Shown here in pieces: positions 41,395 to 51,382 of a DNA stretch of 64,000 nt. The first letter of the stretch is position 1; every line of letters begins with the position of its first letter. Under the pieces are notes generated by a model. The model did not search any database. It had not been told where the DNA came from and worked only from the letters and a program-made list of their open reading frames with translations. A program made the position numbers and the translations under genes. Location of the stretch: positions 1 to 64,000 of the forward strand of contig JAHQWG010000039.1 of the NCBI GenBank assembly GCA_029856045.1, written 5' to 3'. The DNA is from Promethearchaeia archaeon. Its GTDB lineage: Archaea > Asgardarchaeota > Lokiarchaeia > Sigyniarchaeales > SOKP01.

Positions 41395-43077
41395 TTACAT
41401 CATTCCAGGAGGCATTCCTCCCATTCCACCCATTCCACCCATTCCACCCATTCCTCCCATTCCTCCCATTCCACCTGGAGGCATTGGGGGCATAGCAGAT
41501 TTTGAGCCGGCTATTATATCGTCAATACGCAGGATAAGGCTTGCTGCTTCATAAGCAGATTTTATTGCTTGCTTTTTGACAACGGTTGGTTCGATAACAT
41601 TTAAAATCATCATATTTTTCTCGATTTTTCCCTTCTCCAGATTAATTCCCGCAAATTTATTTCCACTTTGATGAGCAGCTCTTAATTTAACCAAAATATC
41701 AATTTGATCAAGACCTCCATTTTCAGCAAGTGTAGTCGCAATAATATCTAAACTATCAGCAAATACCTCAACAGCTAATTGTTCTCTTCCTCCAAGAGTG
41801 GATGCAAATTTTCTTAATTGAATAGCAGTCTCTATTTCTGGAGCACCTCCACCGCCAACAATATTCTCATCTTCGATAACATCTTTAACTACGCTCAAGG
41901 CATCATGTATCGCACGTTCTGCTTCATCTACTATTAATTCTGTTCCACCACGGATTAAAATCACTACTGCTTTAGGATCTTTACATTTTTCTACAAAAAT
42001 CCAAGAATCTTTCATAATTTTTCTCTCTTCTACTAATCCCGCATAACCAAGTTTATCTTTGTGTAAATCATTAAAATTTGTGAAAATCATACCACCTGTT
42101 GCTTTGGAAAGCTTTTCTAAGTCAGATTTCTTGACTCTTCTTACAGCCAATACTCCTGCTTTAGCCAGAAAATGCTGAGCCATGTCGTCAATACCTTTCT
42201 GACAAATTACTACATTTGCACCAGTATTGATAACGTTATCCACCATATTTCGAATCATATTTTCCTCCTGATCAAGATATGCCTGTATCTGCTCTGGACT
42301 AGTGATCTGCAACTTACTATCAAATTCTGTTTTTGTAATCTCTATTGCAGATTGAAGCAATAAAATTTTAGCGTCTTCAACGATCTTTGGCATACCAGGA
42401 TTAACAACTTCTTTATCCAAGATAATGCCTTTAATTAATGTTGTTTCATCTATGCTTTCACCTTCCTTTTTCTGAATTTGAACCTTATCTAAATCTGCTC
42501 TCCATTCTCCATTTACTTGCTCCGCAACAGAGATCATGGCTTCTACACAGATATCAGAGAGTAAATCTCTTGATTCTGCAACCAATTTAGAAGACATGGA
42601 AGTCATTGCTATTTTCTTAAGTATATCCTTATTTTCTATAGTTGCTTTTTCAGACATATTATCCAAAATTTCTAAACCTTTATCAGCGGCTTTTCTGAAA
42701 CCTTCAGCAATTATTGTTGGGTGTATCTTTTGCTCTAATAATTTTTGAGAGCGTTTTAACAATTCACCAGCGAGTATTACTGCAGTAGTTGTTCCATCTC
42801 CAACCTCAGAATCTTGTGTTTTGCTCACTTCCACCATCATTTTTGCTGCTGGGTGCTGTACATCAATTTCCTTAAGAATTGTGGCGCCATCGTTGGTGAT
42901 TACAATATCGCCAAATTGGTCCACTAACATCTTATCCATGCCTTTAGGTCCAAGGCTAGTTCGAACAGCTTCAGCAATCGTGATTGCAGCCATTATGTTA
43001 TTACTTTGTGCGTCTTTACCCTTAGTTCTTTCAGTTCCTTCTTTTAAGATCAGAACTGGTTGACCACCTAGTTGCAC
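41395..43077 (-). CDS. ths: thermosome (group II chaperonin) subunit
   Basis: [31 protein letters not shown]-terminal (GGM)n tail. Confidence 0.97.
   Translation of the reverse strand: MQLGGQPVLILKEGTERTKGKDAQSNNIMAAITIAEAVRTSLGPKGMDKMLVDQFGDIVITNDGATILKEIDVQHPAAKMMVEVSKTQDSEVGDGTTTAVILAGELLKRSQKLLEQKIHPTIIAEGFRKAADKGLEILDNMSEKATIENKDILKKIAMTSMSSKLVAESRDLLSDICVEAMISVAEQVNGEWRADLDKVQIQKKEGESIDETTLIKGIILDKEVVNPGMPKIVEDAKILLLQSAIEITKTEFDSKLQITSPEQIQAYLDQEENMIRNMVDNVINTGANVVICQKGIDDMAQHFLAKAGVLAVRRVKKSDLEKLSKATGGMIFTNFNDLHKDKLGYAGLVEERKIMKDSWIFVEKCKDPKAVVILIRGGTELIVDEAERAIHDALSVVKDVIEDENIVGGGGAPEIETAIQLRKFASTLGGREQLAVEVFADSLDIIATTLAENGGLDQIDILVKLRAAHQSGNKFAGINLEKGKIEKNMMILNVIEPTVVKKQAIKSAYEAASLILRIDDIIAGSKSAMPPMPPGGMGGMGGMGGMGGMGGMGGMPPGMM
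41413..41475. repeat. 9-bp coding repeat x7 encoding the chaperonin GGM tail
   Basis: cattcc[a/t]cc x7. Confidence 0.9.
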
Positions 43078-43217
43078 TTTTAAATTTCATCTCTTCCTTT
43101 TAAATTTCAAAATTTTTTTAATACTATTTAAATGATCTCAATGTCATATAGATTTTAAATTTTTCTCTATTTTAACCAAGAAATATTTAATTTCAAGAGA
43201 ACAAAAATTTAAAGAAG

Positions 43218-43385
43218 TTATTTTGAACGTTCTCTTCTTTTTGGCCGTAGATCCTTACTCCGGCATACTCTACACTTTACGGCTTTAATTGGATTATGCG
43301 CTCCACATTTTCTACATATTGAATGTTTGGCTAATAAATGATATGCGGCAATCTTCCTCTTAAGTGGATCATCGATGGGAGCCAT
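43218..43385 (-). CDS. rpl40e: 50S ribosomal protein L40e (55 aa, below the ORF-track cutoff)
   Basis: Hand translation MAPIDDPLKRKIAAYHLLAKHSICRKCGAHNPIKAVKCRVCRSKDLRPKRRERSK*. Confidence 0.92.
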   Translation of the reverse strand: MAPIDDPLKRKIAAYHLLAKHSICRKCGAHNPIKAVKCRVCRSKDLRPKRRERSK

Positions 43386-43588
43386 TTTTGAGCACTGTTT
43401 TGAAATTAATATAAAAAATTTTAGATACTTTCAAAGATACTTAATAATCTATAAAATTTTCGAAATTTTCTATTTAGTCTTAAGGTAAATCAAAAATTTA
43501 ATATTTGATTTTTCTTTCATTTGATTATAATAGAGATAAATTGAGATTAATAGTAGAAAAATACGAGAACCGAAAAGCCGAAAAGCAA

Positions 43589-43783
43589 ATGCCTAAAGAA
43601 ATTATCGATGAAAATCAATTCATAGAATTAAGTAAAATTGCTATTCATTGTAGAGTAAAGCGTGGGAAAGAAGATGTTAAATTAAAATTGAGAACTAAGA
43701 AGTATTTATATACTTACAAAACAGATATTAAAACTGCAGATGATCTGATAAATAAAATTGATTGTTCAATTATAGAATTGTGA
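43589..43783 (+). CDS. rpl38e: 50S ribosomal protein L38e
   Basis: MPKEI.D...F...CRVKR....VKLKLRTKKYLYT; the true start is ATG 43589. Confidence 0.88.
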   Translation: MPKEIIDENQFIELSKIAIHCRVKRGKEDVKLKLRTKKYLYTYKTDIKTADDLINKIDCSIIEL

Positions 43784-43811
43784 AAGAATGTATAAAAGGT
43801 AAAAGAAAATT

Positions 43812-44312
43812 TTAGATTTACCGGCAGATAAAACATGCATTAAATCGTCATTTTTATGTTCAAATTGTAAGCGAAAGTTAGAAAATAATGAGATATCTCA
43901 GTTTGATTTAGATATCGCAAGAGATCTTTTAGAAATAGAAGCTAAATACCCCTCATTAGAAAAGGCTTCTTTATATAGGACTATTGATTTTGGAGATGCT
44001 GTGATTTTTATTGTAGGAAAGGGAGATAAACTTAGATATAACACGGAGATTTTAAAAATTCTGAGAAAGAAATATAACGTTACATATATAATTTTAGTTG
44101 AAAAAACAAAAAAAATTAGACAAATTGTAGAGAGTTTAATCTCTCCGGGTAAATTGATTGGGTTAAATGAAATTTTTGTGCCTACGGGAGATGTTGAGTA
44201 TAAAGCAATGATTAGTAAGATTGATAAAGACAAAATTCTTTTTACCAAAGATGAGCTTGAAGAGCTTATTGAGGAGATATCTACTCAAATTATAAGAATT
44301 AGTTTTGAATAA
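43812..44312 (+). CDS. archaeal NusA-like KH-domain protein with N-terminal Cys motif; non-canonical start (ATT 43809/TTA 43812)
   Basis: Frame open from 43803: [40 protein letters not shown]..., continuous with track ORF 44001-44312. Confidence 0.7.
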   Translation, partial: LDLPADKTCIKSSFLCSNCKRKLENNEISQFDLDIARDLLEIEAKYPSLEKASLYRTIDFGDAVIFIVGKGDKLRYNTEILKILRKKYNVTYIILVEKTKKIRQIVESLISPGKLIGLNEIFVPTGDVEYKAMISKIDKDKILFTKDELEELIEEISTQIIRISFE

Positions 44313-44364
44313 AAAGATAATTTTTCTTTTTATTGATTGTTTCACTATATATAGAGGATTTCAT

Positions 44365-44727
44365 ATGGTTGCAATTGAATATAAACAAGTTATTTTAGTA
44401 AGGACAGATCTTGGAATGAGTGCAGGAAAGAAGTGTGTTCAATCCTGCCATGCAAGTGTTAGCTCGTCAGATTTAGTTAGAAAACGAGATAAAATAGTTT
44501 GGAAGCAGTGGATTAATCAAGGTCAAAAGAAAATTGTATTAAAAATTAAAACTTTAGAAGAGTTATTATCAATTTATCATAGAGTTTTAAAAGAAAAAAT
44601 ACTATGTTTTTTAGTTCAAGATGCTGGTTTAACTCAATTGGAACCTGGAACTATTACAGCCTTAGGTATTGGTCCGGCGAAATCAGATATATTAGATAAA
44701 ATTAGTGGAGAGCTTAAACTCTTATAA
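44365..44727 (+). CDS. pth2: peptidyl-tRNA hydrolase Pth2
   Basis: [44 protein letters not shown]. Confidence 0.95.
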   Translation: MVAIEYKQVILVRTDLGMSAGKKCVQSCHASVSSSDLVRKRDKIVWKQWINQGQKKIVLKIKTLEELLSIYHRVLKEKILCFLVQDAGLTQLEPGTITALGIGPAKSDILDKISGELKLL

Positions 44728-44735
44728 CGATTAAA

Positions 44736-46085
44736 ATGGAAAAAATTCGACTTAGAGAAAATGAAAAATTCGTCGGAATCGAATATTATGGAACCATTGA
44801 GAGAGGAATAGGGGGTATTATTAAACATAAATTTAAGGATTTTATTGTTAGGGAGATTACACGAGAAAGAAAAATATTAGAAATAAGGGAAGATCGTCCA
44901 GAGGTAGTTTTCCTACCAACTGGTAATTATACTACTTTTAATGTTACCAAAATAAAACGAGACACATTAGAAGTATTAAATATTATTGCACATGAACTTG
45001 GTATTCCATCTGAGCAAATTTCTTATTCTGGGTTAAAAGACCATCGAGCGATTACTGTCCAACAAATGTCAGTTAAAGGTAATGTAATCGAGAAATTGAA
45101 AAAAATTAAAAAACAAAACATATTTATTAGAGAGATAAGGTCTACAAAACATCGCGTTAAAGTGGGAGACAATTGGGGGAATCACTTTTCAATTATAATT
45201 AGAAATATAGAAGATTATCAAAAATTAAGCAAGAATATTGAAGCAATTAATCAATTTTTAAATAAATATGGGTTCCCAAATTATTATGGCTTACAGAGAT
45301 TTGGAATCTATCGTCCAAATTCTCACCTTATTGGCAAATATATTTTACAAAAGAAATACAAGGAAGCTATAGAAGAATTTTTGATGAGAATTTATTCAAT
45401 TGAAGAGATAAAAAACATAGGTGGAAGGAAAGAAATTTCTGAGAGTATTGAACGACTGAATTCATTTGATGAAATCCCAAGAAAATTTGAATTTGAAAAA
45501 AATATCATTGATTACTTGGCTAAAAATGGAGAAGATTATTTTGGATGCTTAGTATCTATTTCTAAGGGTGTACTTAATTTAGTTATTAGTGCATATCAAT
45601 CTTATTTATTTAACACAGCTCTCTCTAAGAGAATTCAATTGGGTTATCCAAGATTTAAGCCTGTAAAAGGAGATTTAATTGGTATATTAGAGGATGAAAT
45701 GGGCCATCTAACTAAAATAAAGTATTTATACAATGGACATTTAAAAAAACCTTTAAAAAAGGCATTGAAAATTGATCGAGCAGCAATTATTTCCCCAATA
45801 ATAGGGTATGATTCGGAATTAAACCCCTCGCATTTAATGTCTAAAATCTATTTAAAAATATTGAAAGATGAAGCAATAATGAGAGATATTTTTAGCCTTC
45901 CGGAATTTCCAGCTTTAGATTTCCCCGGGACATATAGGCCCATATCTATAAAACCTAGGGGATTGAAAATTGTTAAAATCGATGATGATGATTTATTTCC
46001 TGGGAAAAAGAAAATGAGATTAGATTTTGACTTAAGAAAAGGTTCATATGCAACTTTATTATTGAGGGAATTCATGAAACAATAA
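44736..46085 (+). CDS. truD: tRNA pseudouridine(13) synthase
   Basis: DFIVRE, SGLKDHRAITVQ, GNHF, FPNYYGLQRFG, SAYQSYLFN, KGSYATLLLRE. Confidence 0.95.
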   Translation: MEKIRLRENEKFVGIEYYGTIERGIGGIIKHKFKDFIVREITRERKILEIREDRPEVVFLPTGNYTTFNVTKIKRDTLEVLNIIAHELGIPSEQISYSGLKDHRAITVQQMSVKGNVIEKLKKIKKQNIFIREIRSTKHRVKVGDNWGNHFSIIIRNIEDYQKLSKNIEAINQFLNKYGFPNYYGLQRFGIYRPNSHLIGKYILQKKYKEAIEEFLMRIYSIEEIKNIGGRKEISESIERLNSFDEIPRKFEFEKNIIDYLAKNGEDYFGCLVSISKGVLNLVISAYQSYLFNTALSKRIQLGYPRFKPVKGDLIGILEDEMGHLTKIKYLYNGHLKKPLKKALKIDRAAIISPIIGYDSELNPSHLMSKIYLKILKDEAIMRDIFSLPEFPALDFPGTYRPISIKPRGLKIVKIDDDDLFPGKKKMRLDFDLRKGSYATLLLREFMKQ

Positions 46086-46161
46086 ATTAATAAGATTATT
46101 TTGTTAAAGTTAAATATCACAATAGAAAAAATTTGAACTATATTAATAGGATTGATTAATT

Positions 46162-47484
46162 ATGTCTATGGATGAGATGGACGACTTTAGAAAAACTCAT
46201 TATACGAAAGATATAATTCCTGAGTTAATAGGAAAAGAAGTAATTCTTGGTGGATGGGTTCAAAATTATCGTGATTTAGGAGGACTGAAATTCATAATTT
46301 TACAGGATAAATTTGGCGAACGACAAATTACATTAAAGAAAGGCGTTGTTTCTAATGATCTTTTTGATATTAAAGTAGGATATCAATGGAATATAATGGT
46401 AAAAGGCATTGTTAAAGAATTTAAAAATGCACCTGGTGGAATAGAGATAATACCTTCCCAAATCAAGATTCTGAATAAAACTCCAGAAAAATTACCTATT
46501 GATATGACTGGAGAAACAGTTTCAGAATTGGATATTAGGTTAGATAACCGAGTTTTAGATTTAAGATCTAAGAAAAATCAAGCCATCTTTCGAATAAGGT
46601 CAGAAGTGATCAATTCAATAAGAGAGTTTCTTTTAAAAAATAATTTTACAGAAATTACAACACCAAAAATTATAGCTTCTGCAACGGAAGGTGGAACAGA
46701 ACTCTTTCCAATAATATATTTTGAGGAGGAGGCATTTTTATCTCAATCAGCTCAACTATATAAAGAACAATTATGTAGTGTTTTTGAGAACGTGTTTGAA
46801 ATAAGTCCTGCCTTCAGAGCCGAAAAAAGCCATACGAAACGTCATTTATGTGAGATTTTTACGTTAGATGTTGAAATGGCTTTTGCAAATATGCAAGATG
46901 TATTAAAATTACTTGAAGAAATGATTCAATTCATAATAAAAGACATTAGAGAAGTAAGATTGGATGATTTAAAATTTTTAAATATGGGAAAAAAAACAAT
47001 TGTTCCTAAAACACCGTTTCCAAGATATACGTATAAAGAGATAATTGAAAAAATTTCAAACGATTTTAATATAAATGTGGAATTCGGAGAAGATATCCCA
47101 ACTGAAGCTTATAGAAAATTAGGTGAAGTATTACCGGGTTATTATTATATTATTGATTGGCCAACATCGAGTAAGCCATTTTATATTTCACCCTATAAAG
47201 ATAAGCCGGAATTAACAGAATCATTCGATTTACAAAAAGGATATCTTGAACTCACATCTGGAGGAACGAGAGTTCATAATAAGGAATATTTAGAGAAAAG
47301 ATTAGAAGAAAAGGGTTTAAACCCCATATCTTTTGAATCTCATCTAAGAATGTTTGATTTTGGCATGCCACCTCATGCTGGGTTAGGGTTAGGTATTGAT
47401 AGATTAATTACTGTTCTCTGTGGACTTGAAGATATTAGAGAGGCTGTAATGTATCCAAGAACACCTGACCGATTAACTCCTTAA
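46162..47484 (+). CDS. aspS: aspartate--tRNA ligase, archaeal, probably non-discriminating Asp/Asn
   Basis: RDLGGL, APGG anticodon loop, [37 protein letters not shown]. Confidence 0.95.
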   Translation: MSMDEMDDFRKTHYTKDIIPELIGKEVILGGWVQNYRDLGGLKFIILQDKFGERQITLKKGVVSNDLFDIKVGYQWNIMVKGIVKEFKNAPGGIEIIPSQIKILNKTPEKLPIDMTGETVSELDIRLDNRVLDLRSKKNQAIFRIRSEVINSIREFLLKNNFTEITTPKIIASATEGGTELFPIIYFEEEAFLSQSAQLYKEQLCSVFENVFEISPAFRAEKSHTKRHLCEIFTLDVEMAFANMQDVLKLLEEMIQFIIKDIREVRLDDLKFLNMGKKTIVPKTPFPRYTYKEIIEKISNDFNINVEFGEDIPTEAYRKLGEVLPGYYYIIDWPTSSKPFYISPYKDKPELTESFDLQKGYLELTSGGTRVHNKEYLEKRLEEKGLNPISFESHLRMFDFGMPPHAGLGLGIDRLITVLCGLEDIREAVMYPRTPDRLTP

Positions 47485-47508
47485 AAAATTCTAAAAATTT
47501 TTTATAAT

Positions 47509-48417
47509 TTGAGAAAAATGATTGAAGATTATATAAAAGCTGGAAAGGCGACTAAAAGCGCAAAAAAGTTAGCACGGGAACTCACCAAACCTGGGACTCC
47601 ATTTATTGAAATTTGCGATAAATGTGAAGAAGAAATAATTGAAAATGGAGCAGAATTGGCGTTTCCTTTAAATATTTCATTAAATGAAATTGCAGCTCAC
47701 TATAGTTCTCCAATTGATGATCAGAGTGTAGTACCTGAGGAAGGTTTATTAAAATTAGACTTTGGAGCGCATGTTAATGGATATATCGCTGATACAGCCA
47801 TCACAATTAATTTAAACCAAGATAAAAAATTTGATACATTTGTTACAGCTGCAGAAGAAGCATTAGATGCAGCAATTGAAAACTTTCGACCCGGTGTTAA
47901 ATTATTTGAGATAGGAGAAAAAATTTCAGAGAAGATCATTAAACATGGATTAAAACCGATAATGAACCTTGGAGGACACAGATTATTACAATATACTTTG
48001 CATGCAGGGGAATTTGTTCCTAATTTCAAAGATAAAACTTATAATCAAGAAATTAATATTGGGGATGCATATGCAATTGAACCATTTACCACAAACGGGT
48101 TTGGACGTGTAAAAGATGGAAAAAGTAGTTATATTTATAGATTTCATAAAGATATCAAAAAAAATATACCATATGAACTAAGAACTGCAATAAGCCAAAT
48201 TAAAAAAAATTTTTCTACACTTCCATTTAGCCCCCGAGCGGTTTTAAACAAAAATTTATTTCCAAAAAAAAAAATAATGCCAATTATAAATCGCTTAGCT
48301 GGTAAAGGAGCTCTTCAACATTATCCAATTCTTGTCGAAGTAAGAAATGGATTTGTCGCACAAGCAGAGCATACGGTTGTGGTCAAAGAAAATGAAACAA
48401 TAATAACCACTAAGTAA
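47509..48417 (+). CDS. map: methionine aminopeptidase type II
   Basis: AFP.NIS.NEIAAHYS, DFGAHVNGYIADTA, NLGGH, AIEPF, AQAEHT. Confidence 0.95.
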   Translation: MRKMIEDYIKAGKATKSAKKLARELTKPGTPFIEICDKCEEEIIENGAELAFPLNISLNEIAAHYSSPIDDQSVVPEEGLLKLDFGAHVNGYIADTAITINLNQDKKFDTFVTAAEEALDAAIENFRPGVKLFEIGEKISEKIIKHGLKPIMNLGGHRLLQYTLHAGEFVPNFKDKTYNQEINIGDAYAIEPFTTNGFGRVKDGKSSYIYRFHKDIKKNIPYELRTAISQIKKNFSTLPFSPRAVLNKNLFPKKKIMPIINRLAGKGALQHYPILVEVRNGFVAQAEHTVVVKENETIITTK

Positions 48418-48424
48418 AGAAAAT

Positions 48425-49291
48425 TTGAAAGAAAAAGTGAAAAATTATAATAAGTTATCTTTAATTATTCTCTGTGCAGGAGAAGGAAAAAGAATTCAAA
48501 AATTCTTTCCAAAAATTCCCAAATCTTTAATAAAAATAAAAAAACTCGATAAATCAATAGTAGAATATACTATAACGCAATTTTTAAATCTAAATTTTAA
48601 TAAAATTTATCTTATCTATGGATATAAAGCGAATATTTTTATTAACTATATTAAAGATTTGGAATCAAAAAATAAAATTGAAAACTTTCACTTAAATAAT
48701 TCAATTTTTCCTGTAAATGCGGAAAAGAATTACAAAAAAGGACCATTTCATTCATTTTTGGAGATTTTAAACGAACCTAATTTTATTTTCGATGATAATT
48801 TCTTCTTATTAATTCCAGGAGATACACTATTTGAAAATGAATTACTTAATACAATACTTGGATGCATTAAAGAAAAAATAAGGGAGAATGCTAATATGCC
48901 AATTATTTTTTATCGTGAATTTGATAAAAATTTAATAGAAATATATAAATTGAAAAAATGTTATTCTATTTCTGCTGTAAATATTTTAAAGCAAAAGAAT
49001 CATGAATTCTTAAAATCTATAGAAAAGATTGATATTAAATCCAAGAAATTAGAGGAACCTATTTTTCAAATGATTCCAGTTTATTTCTTCCCTTCTAAAT
49101 TTTTAAAAGAAATAAGAGATTCGATTGATATTAATCTAGGTGACTACTCAAATTTAAGGGAATTCATCAATAGCCTTTATTTAAAAGAAAAAAAAATTCT
49201 TACCTGCAAAATAAATAAATCTTTAAATTTTTTTGAAGTAGATACAATAGAAGATTTACAGTTTTTAGAAGCACATTATAAAGTAAAATGA
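48425..49291 (+). CDS. nucleotidyltransferase family protein (NTP_transferase)
   Basis: IILCAGEGKR...PKSLI, PGD, FEVDT.EDL. Confidence 0.75.
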   Translation: MKEKVKNYNKLSLIILCAGEGKRIQKFFPKIPKSLIKIKKLDKSIVEYTITQFLNLNFNKIYLIYGYKANIFINYIKDLESKNKIENFHLNNSIFPVNAEKNYKKGPFHSFLEILNEPNFIFDDNFFLLIPGDTLFENELLNTILGCIKEKIRENANMPIIFYREFDKNLIEIYKLKKCYSISAVNILKQKNHEFLKSIEKIDIKSKKLEEPIFQMIPVYFFPSKFLKEIRDSIDINLGDYSNLREFINSLYLKEKKILTCKINKSLNFFEVDTIEDLQFLEAHYKVK

Positions 49292-49301
49292 TTTGAAGAT
49301 T

Positions 49302-49311
49302 AAAAAAAAAA
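49302..49311 (-). terminator. oligo(T)10 terminator immediately 3' of the candidate ncRNA (minus strand)
   Basis: A10 on plus = U10 directly after the closing helix (...UAUCCCCC-U10). Confidence 0.55.
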
Positions 49312-49314
49312 GGG

Positions 49315-49946
49315 GGATAATAGTAGTTTTGCATTAGCAAACTTCAGAATCATTTGAATCCTCTTTTTTTTGATAAATTTTTAATTGAAATAGCGGAAAT
49401 TTTGGAAGATTCTAATTCATTTATCATTCTGGGATCTTGGGATATATCAAGATTATATATCTGAGATTTTTTTTCAAGTAGAACTTGTATTTTATAATTT
49501 CAGAGAAGTCAGTATTATGATTCTCTGTGTCAGAGTTTGGCAAACATTGCATATTATAATAATTGAAAACTAATTTTCACCGAATTTAACCATTATACAG
49601 TGAATCGAGAGCTTATACGATTAATATCTCAATATTTGATTCTTTGTAGCCGATTTTTATTTTAAAGAGAGGTTTTTTGATGGCTTTAGGTTTATTTGAA
49701 CGGAAACTAATTTTCTAATTACTTATCTTACTACCCATGAATCAATTAATTATATCAGAGAAGAACTTATTTGGTTCTCTGTATTATAGTTTGTTTAAGA
49801 AAGACTTTTTATTGATAGAACTTATGATTTAATTGAATAAAAGCCTAGTTTTTGAATTAATTTTTAACGAATTTAATGCAATAACTTTCTAAGGTTCCAG
49901 AAATTTTGTTAGAATATCAAACCAATGCAAACGGATACTATTATCC
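49315..49946 (-). ncRNA. candidate large (~630 nt) structured non-coding RNA of unrecognised family
   Basis: No ORF of 60 aa or more; 5' GGAUAAUAGUA pairs with 3' UACUAUUAUCC, followed by UUUGCAUUGGU/GCUAAUGCAAA with G.U pairs; many internal hairpins; upstream TATA box and downstream U-tract. Confidence 0.6.
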
Positions 49947-49969
49947 AAAATGATATAAGAAAATTCACA

Positions 49970-49977
49970 TTTATAAA
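49970..49977 (-). promoter_or_regulatory. TATA box (TTTATAAA) for the candidate ncRNA
   Basis: Lies 24-31 nt upstream of the 5' G (49946) of the closing helix, which is typical archaeal spacing. Confidence 0.5.
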
Positions 49978-50021
49978 TATTTAGAAAATATTTTAATAAG
50001 GTCTTATTATATTAAATCCAT

Positions 50022-50423
50022 ATGAGTGATAATTCTGATAAAATAACAATTAACATAAATATTATTGACTGTGGAACAATTAAAGCAACTTTTTATAGAC
50101 ATTTAAGTCCTTTTTCAGTTACGGAAATTTTAGAAAAATTACCACTTATTATTAGGGGGAGATTTAATTTTATAGGTTCGAAGACTCATTGGATGCTTCC
50201 TCAAATAGGTATATCAGTGGGTCCTGACTCCAAGGCAACGCTAACGGTTGAGAAAGGAGACATTGTTTATTGCCCCCAGACTGACAGTATTTATATCTTT
50301 GTAGAGAATGATAATCTTACAACAAAGATGAATAAAATGGGGAAAATTAATAATATAGAGGATTTAAATTTATTTTCTAATGCAAAGAATGGAACTAATA
50401 CCGAATTAAAATTAAGTAATTAA
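50022..50423 (+). CDS. cyclophilin-like fold protein (TM1367-like)
   Basis: SP..V..ILEKLP, VEKGDIVYCPQTDSIYIF, NKMG. Confidence 0.65.
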   Translation: MSDNSDKITININIIDCGTIKATFYRHLSPFSVTEILEKLPLIIRGRFNFIGSKTHWMLPQIGISVGPDSKATLTVEKGDIVYCPQTDSIYIFVENDNLTTKMNKMGKINNIEDLNLFSNAKNGTNTELKLSN

Positions 50424-50431
50424 ATGTTGAT

Positions 50432-51238
50432 TTATTCTTCTTTCTTTTGCCGATCTTCCAAATATCGAGTCCAATCGAAACCAAATATAAACATCATAAT
50501 TGTTATTGTAAGAATAAGCATAATACCTTCAATTATCACATCTTGAATTGGAGTTAATTCTGCACCAATCCCTAAAAGTCCTAGTCTCACCAATACTGGC
50601 CAAGTGCAATAGAACAAAGTCGTAAAAGTCTTCCCAATCCATCCAGGCAATAATGCCTTGTACCATTTATAATGAAGCAAACCAAGCGGAATATATAATA
50701 AATCATCTGGGGCAGGAGTAAGGGCAAATAGGAAAATGTATAGGGGAGTTCGTTTATCATTTTCTAAAACCAATTTTCCAAACCCACTTAAATTCTTCAT
50801 ACTTTTGGAACTTGAAACATCTATTAATTTCCCAGCCCCATATCCAGCGATATAGCCAGCTAACTCTCCAATAACACAACCTAATCCCCCAAATACAACA
50901 AAACCCATAATTTCCATCCAAAAATTACTATTAGCTAATATTTCTTCAAATAATAATCCCTGATTTCCGTATTTCATTAATAATGAATTTGATAATGTAA
51001 ATAAAATGAATGGAAAAGGAATTGGGAAGCCAATGCTTGCTGATCCAATCAAACAAACTAAAAAAGCAATAAATAAACCCCAGAAATAATTAGTATCTTC
51101 TGTTAGGACCACAAAAGAAGAGCGCACTGATATTACAAAGTCTTGGAATTCAGGAAAAACAAAAAAACACAAAAGATAAGCCAAAACTATCACATAAAAA
51201 AATATAAAAACATTTAATAATCGCTTGGATAGGGTCAT
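50432..51238 (-). CDS. DedA/VTT (SNARE-associated) family membrane protein
   Basis: FPIPFP, GELAGYIAG, FLFALTPAPDDL.YIPLG, GWIGK. Confidence 0.8.
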   Translation of the reverse strand: MTLSKRLLNVFIFFYVIVLAYLLCFFVFPEFQDFVISVRSSFVVLTEDTNYFWGLFIAFLVCLIGSASIGFPIPFPFILFTLSNSLLMKYGNQGLLFEEILANSNFWMEIMGFVVFGGLGCVIGELAGYIAGYGAGKLIDVSSSKSMKNLSGFGKLVLENDKRTPLYIFLFALTPAPDDLLYIPLGLLHYKWYKALLPGWIGKTFTTLFYCTWPVLVRLGLLGIGAELTPIQDVIIEGIMLILTITIMMFIFGFDWTRYLEDRQKKEE

Positions 51239-51382
51239 GATAAATTAAAATTAATTTGGGTTATTAATCTTATTTAGTAATGATTCAAGCTCTAATTCTC
51301 AAACACAATACTGATTAAAAAATTTCTAATGGAATAAAGGTAATAAATAGCAGAAAAAAGATTTCTTCTTAGAATCAATGAA

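Noticed and set aside
41413-41475. GGM repeat as a novelty
   Set aside because: Ordinary chaperonin C-terminal tail
43505-43588. N-terminal extension of L38e given in the ORF track (also 44305-44364 for Pth2)
   Set aside because: Family homology begins at the downstream ATGs (43589 and 44365)
49292-50021. RNase P RNA, SRP RNA or tmRNA as the identity of the large intergenic element
   Set aside because: No GAGGAA(A/G)NUCC or ACAGAANNNGGCUUA P4 strands, no SRP helix-8 CAGG...GGAA...AGCAG motif and no tRNA-like ends on either strand
49292-50021. Replication origin (GTTCCAG at ~49894, G-string at 49312) or MITE
   Set aside because: No full ORB consensus or adjacent cdc6/orc1; no target-site duplication; G.U-biased pairing favours RNA. 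Not fully excluded without a genome-wide search
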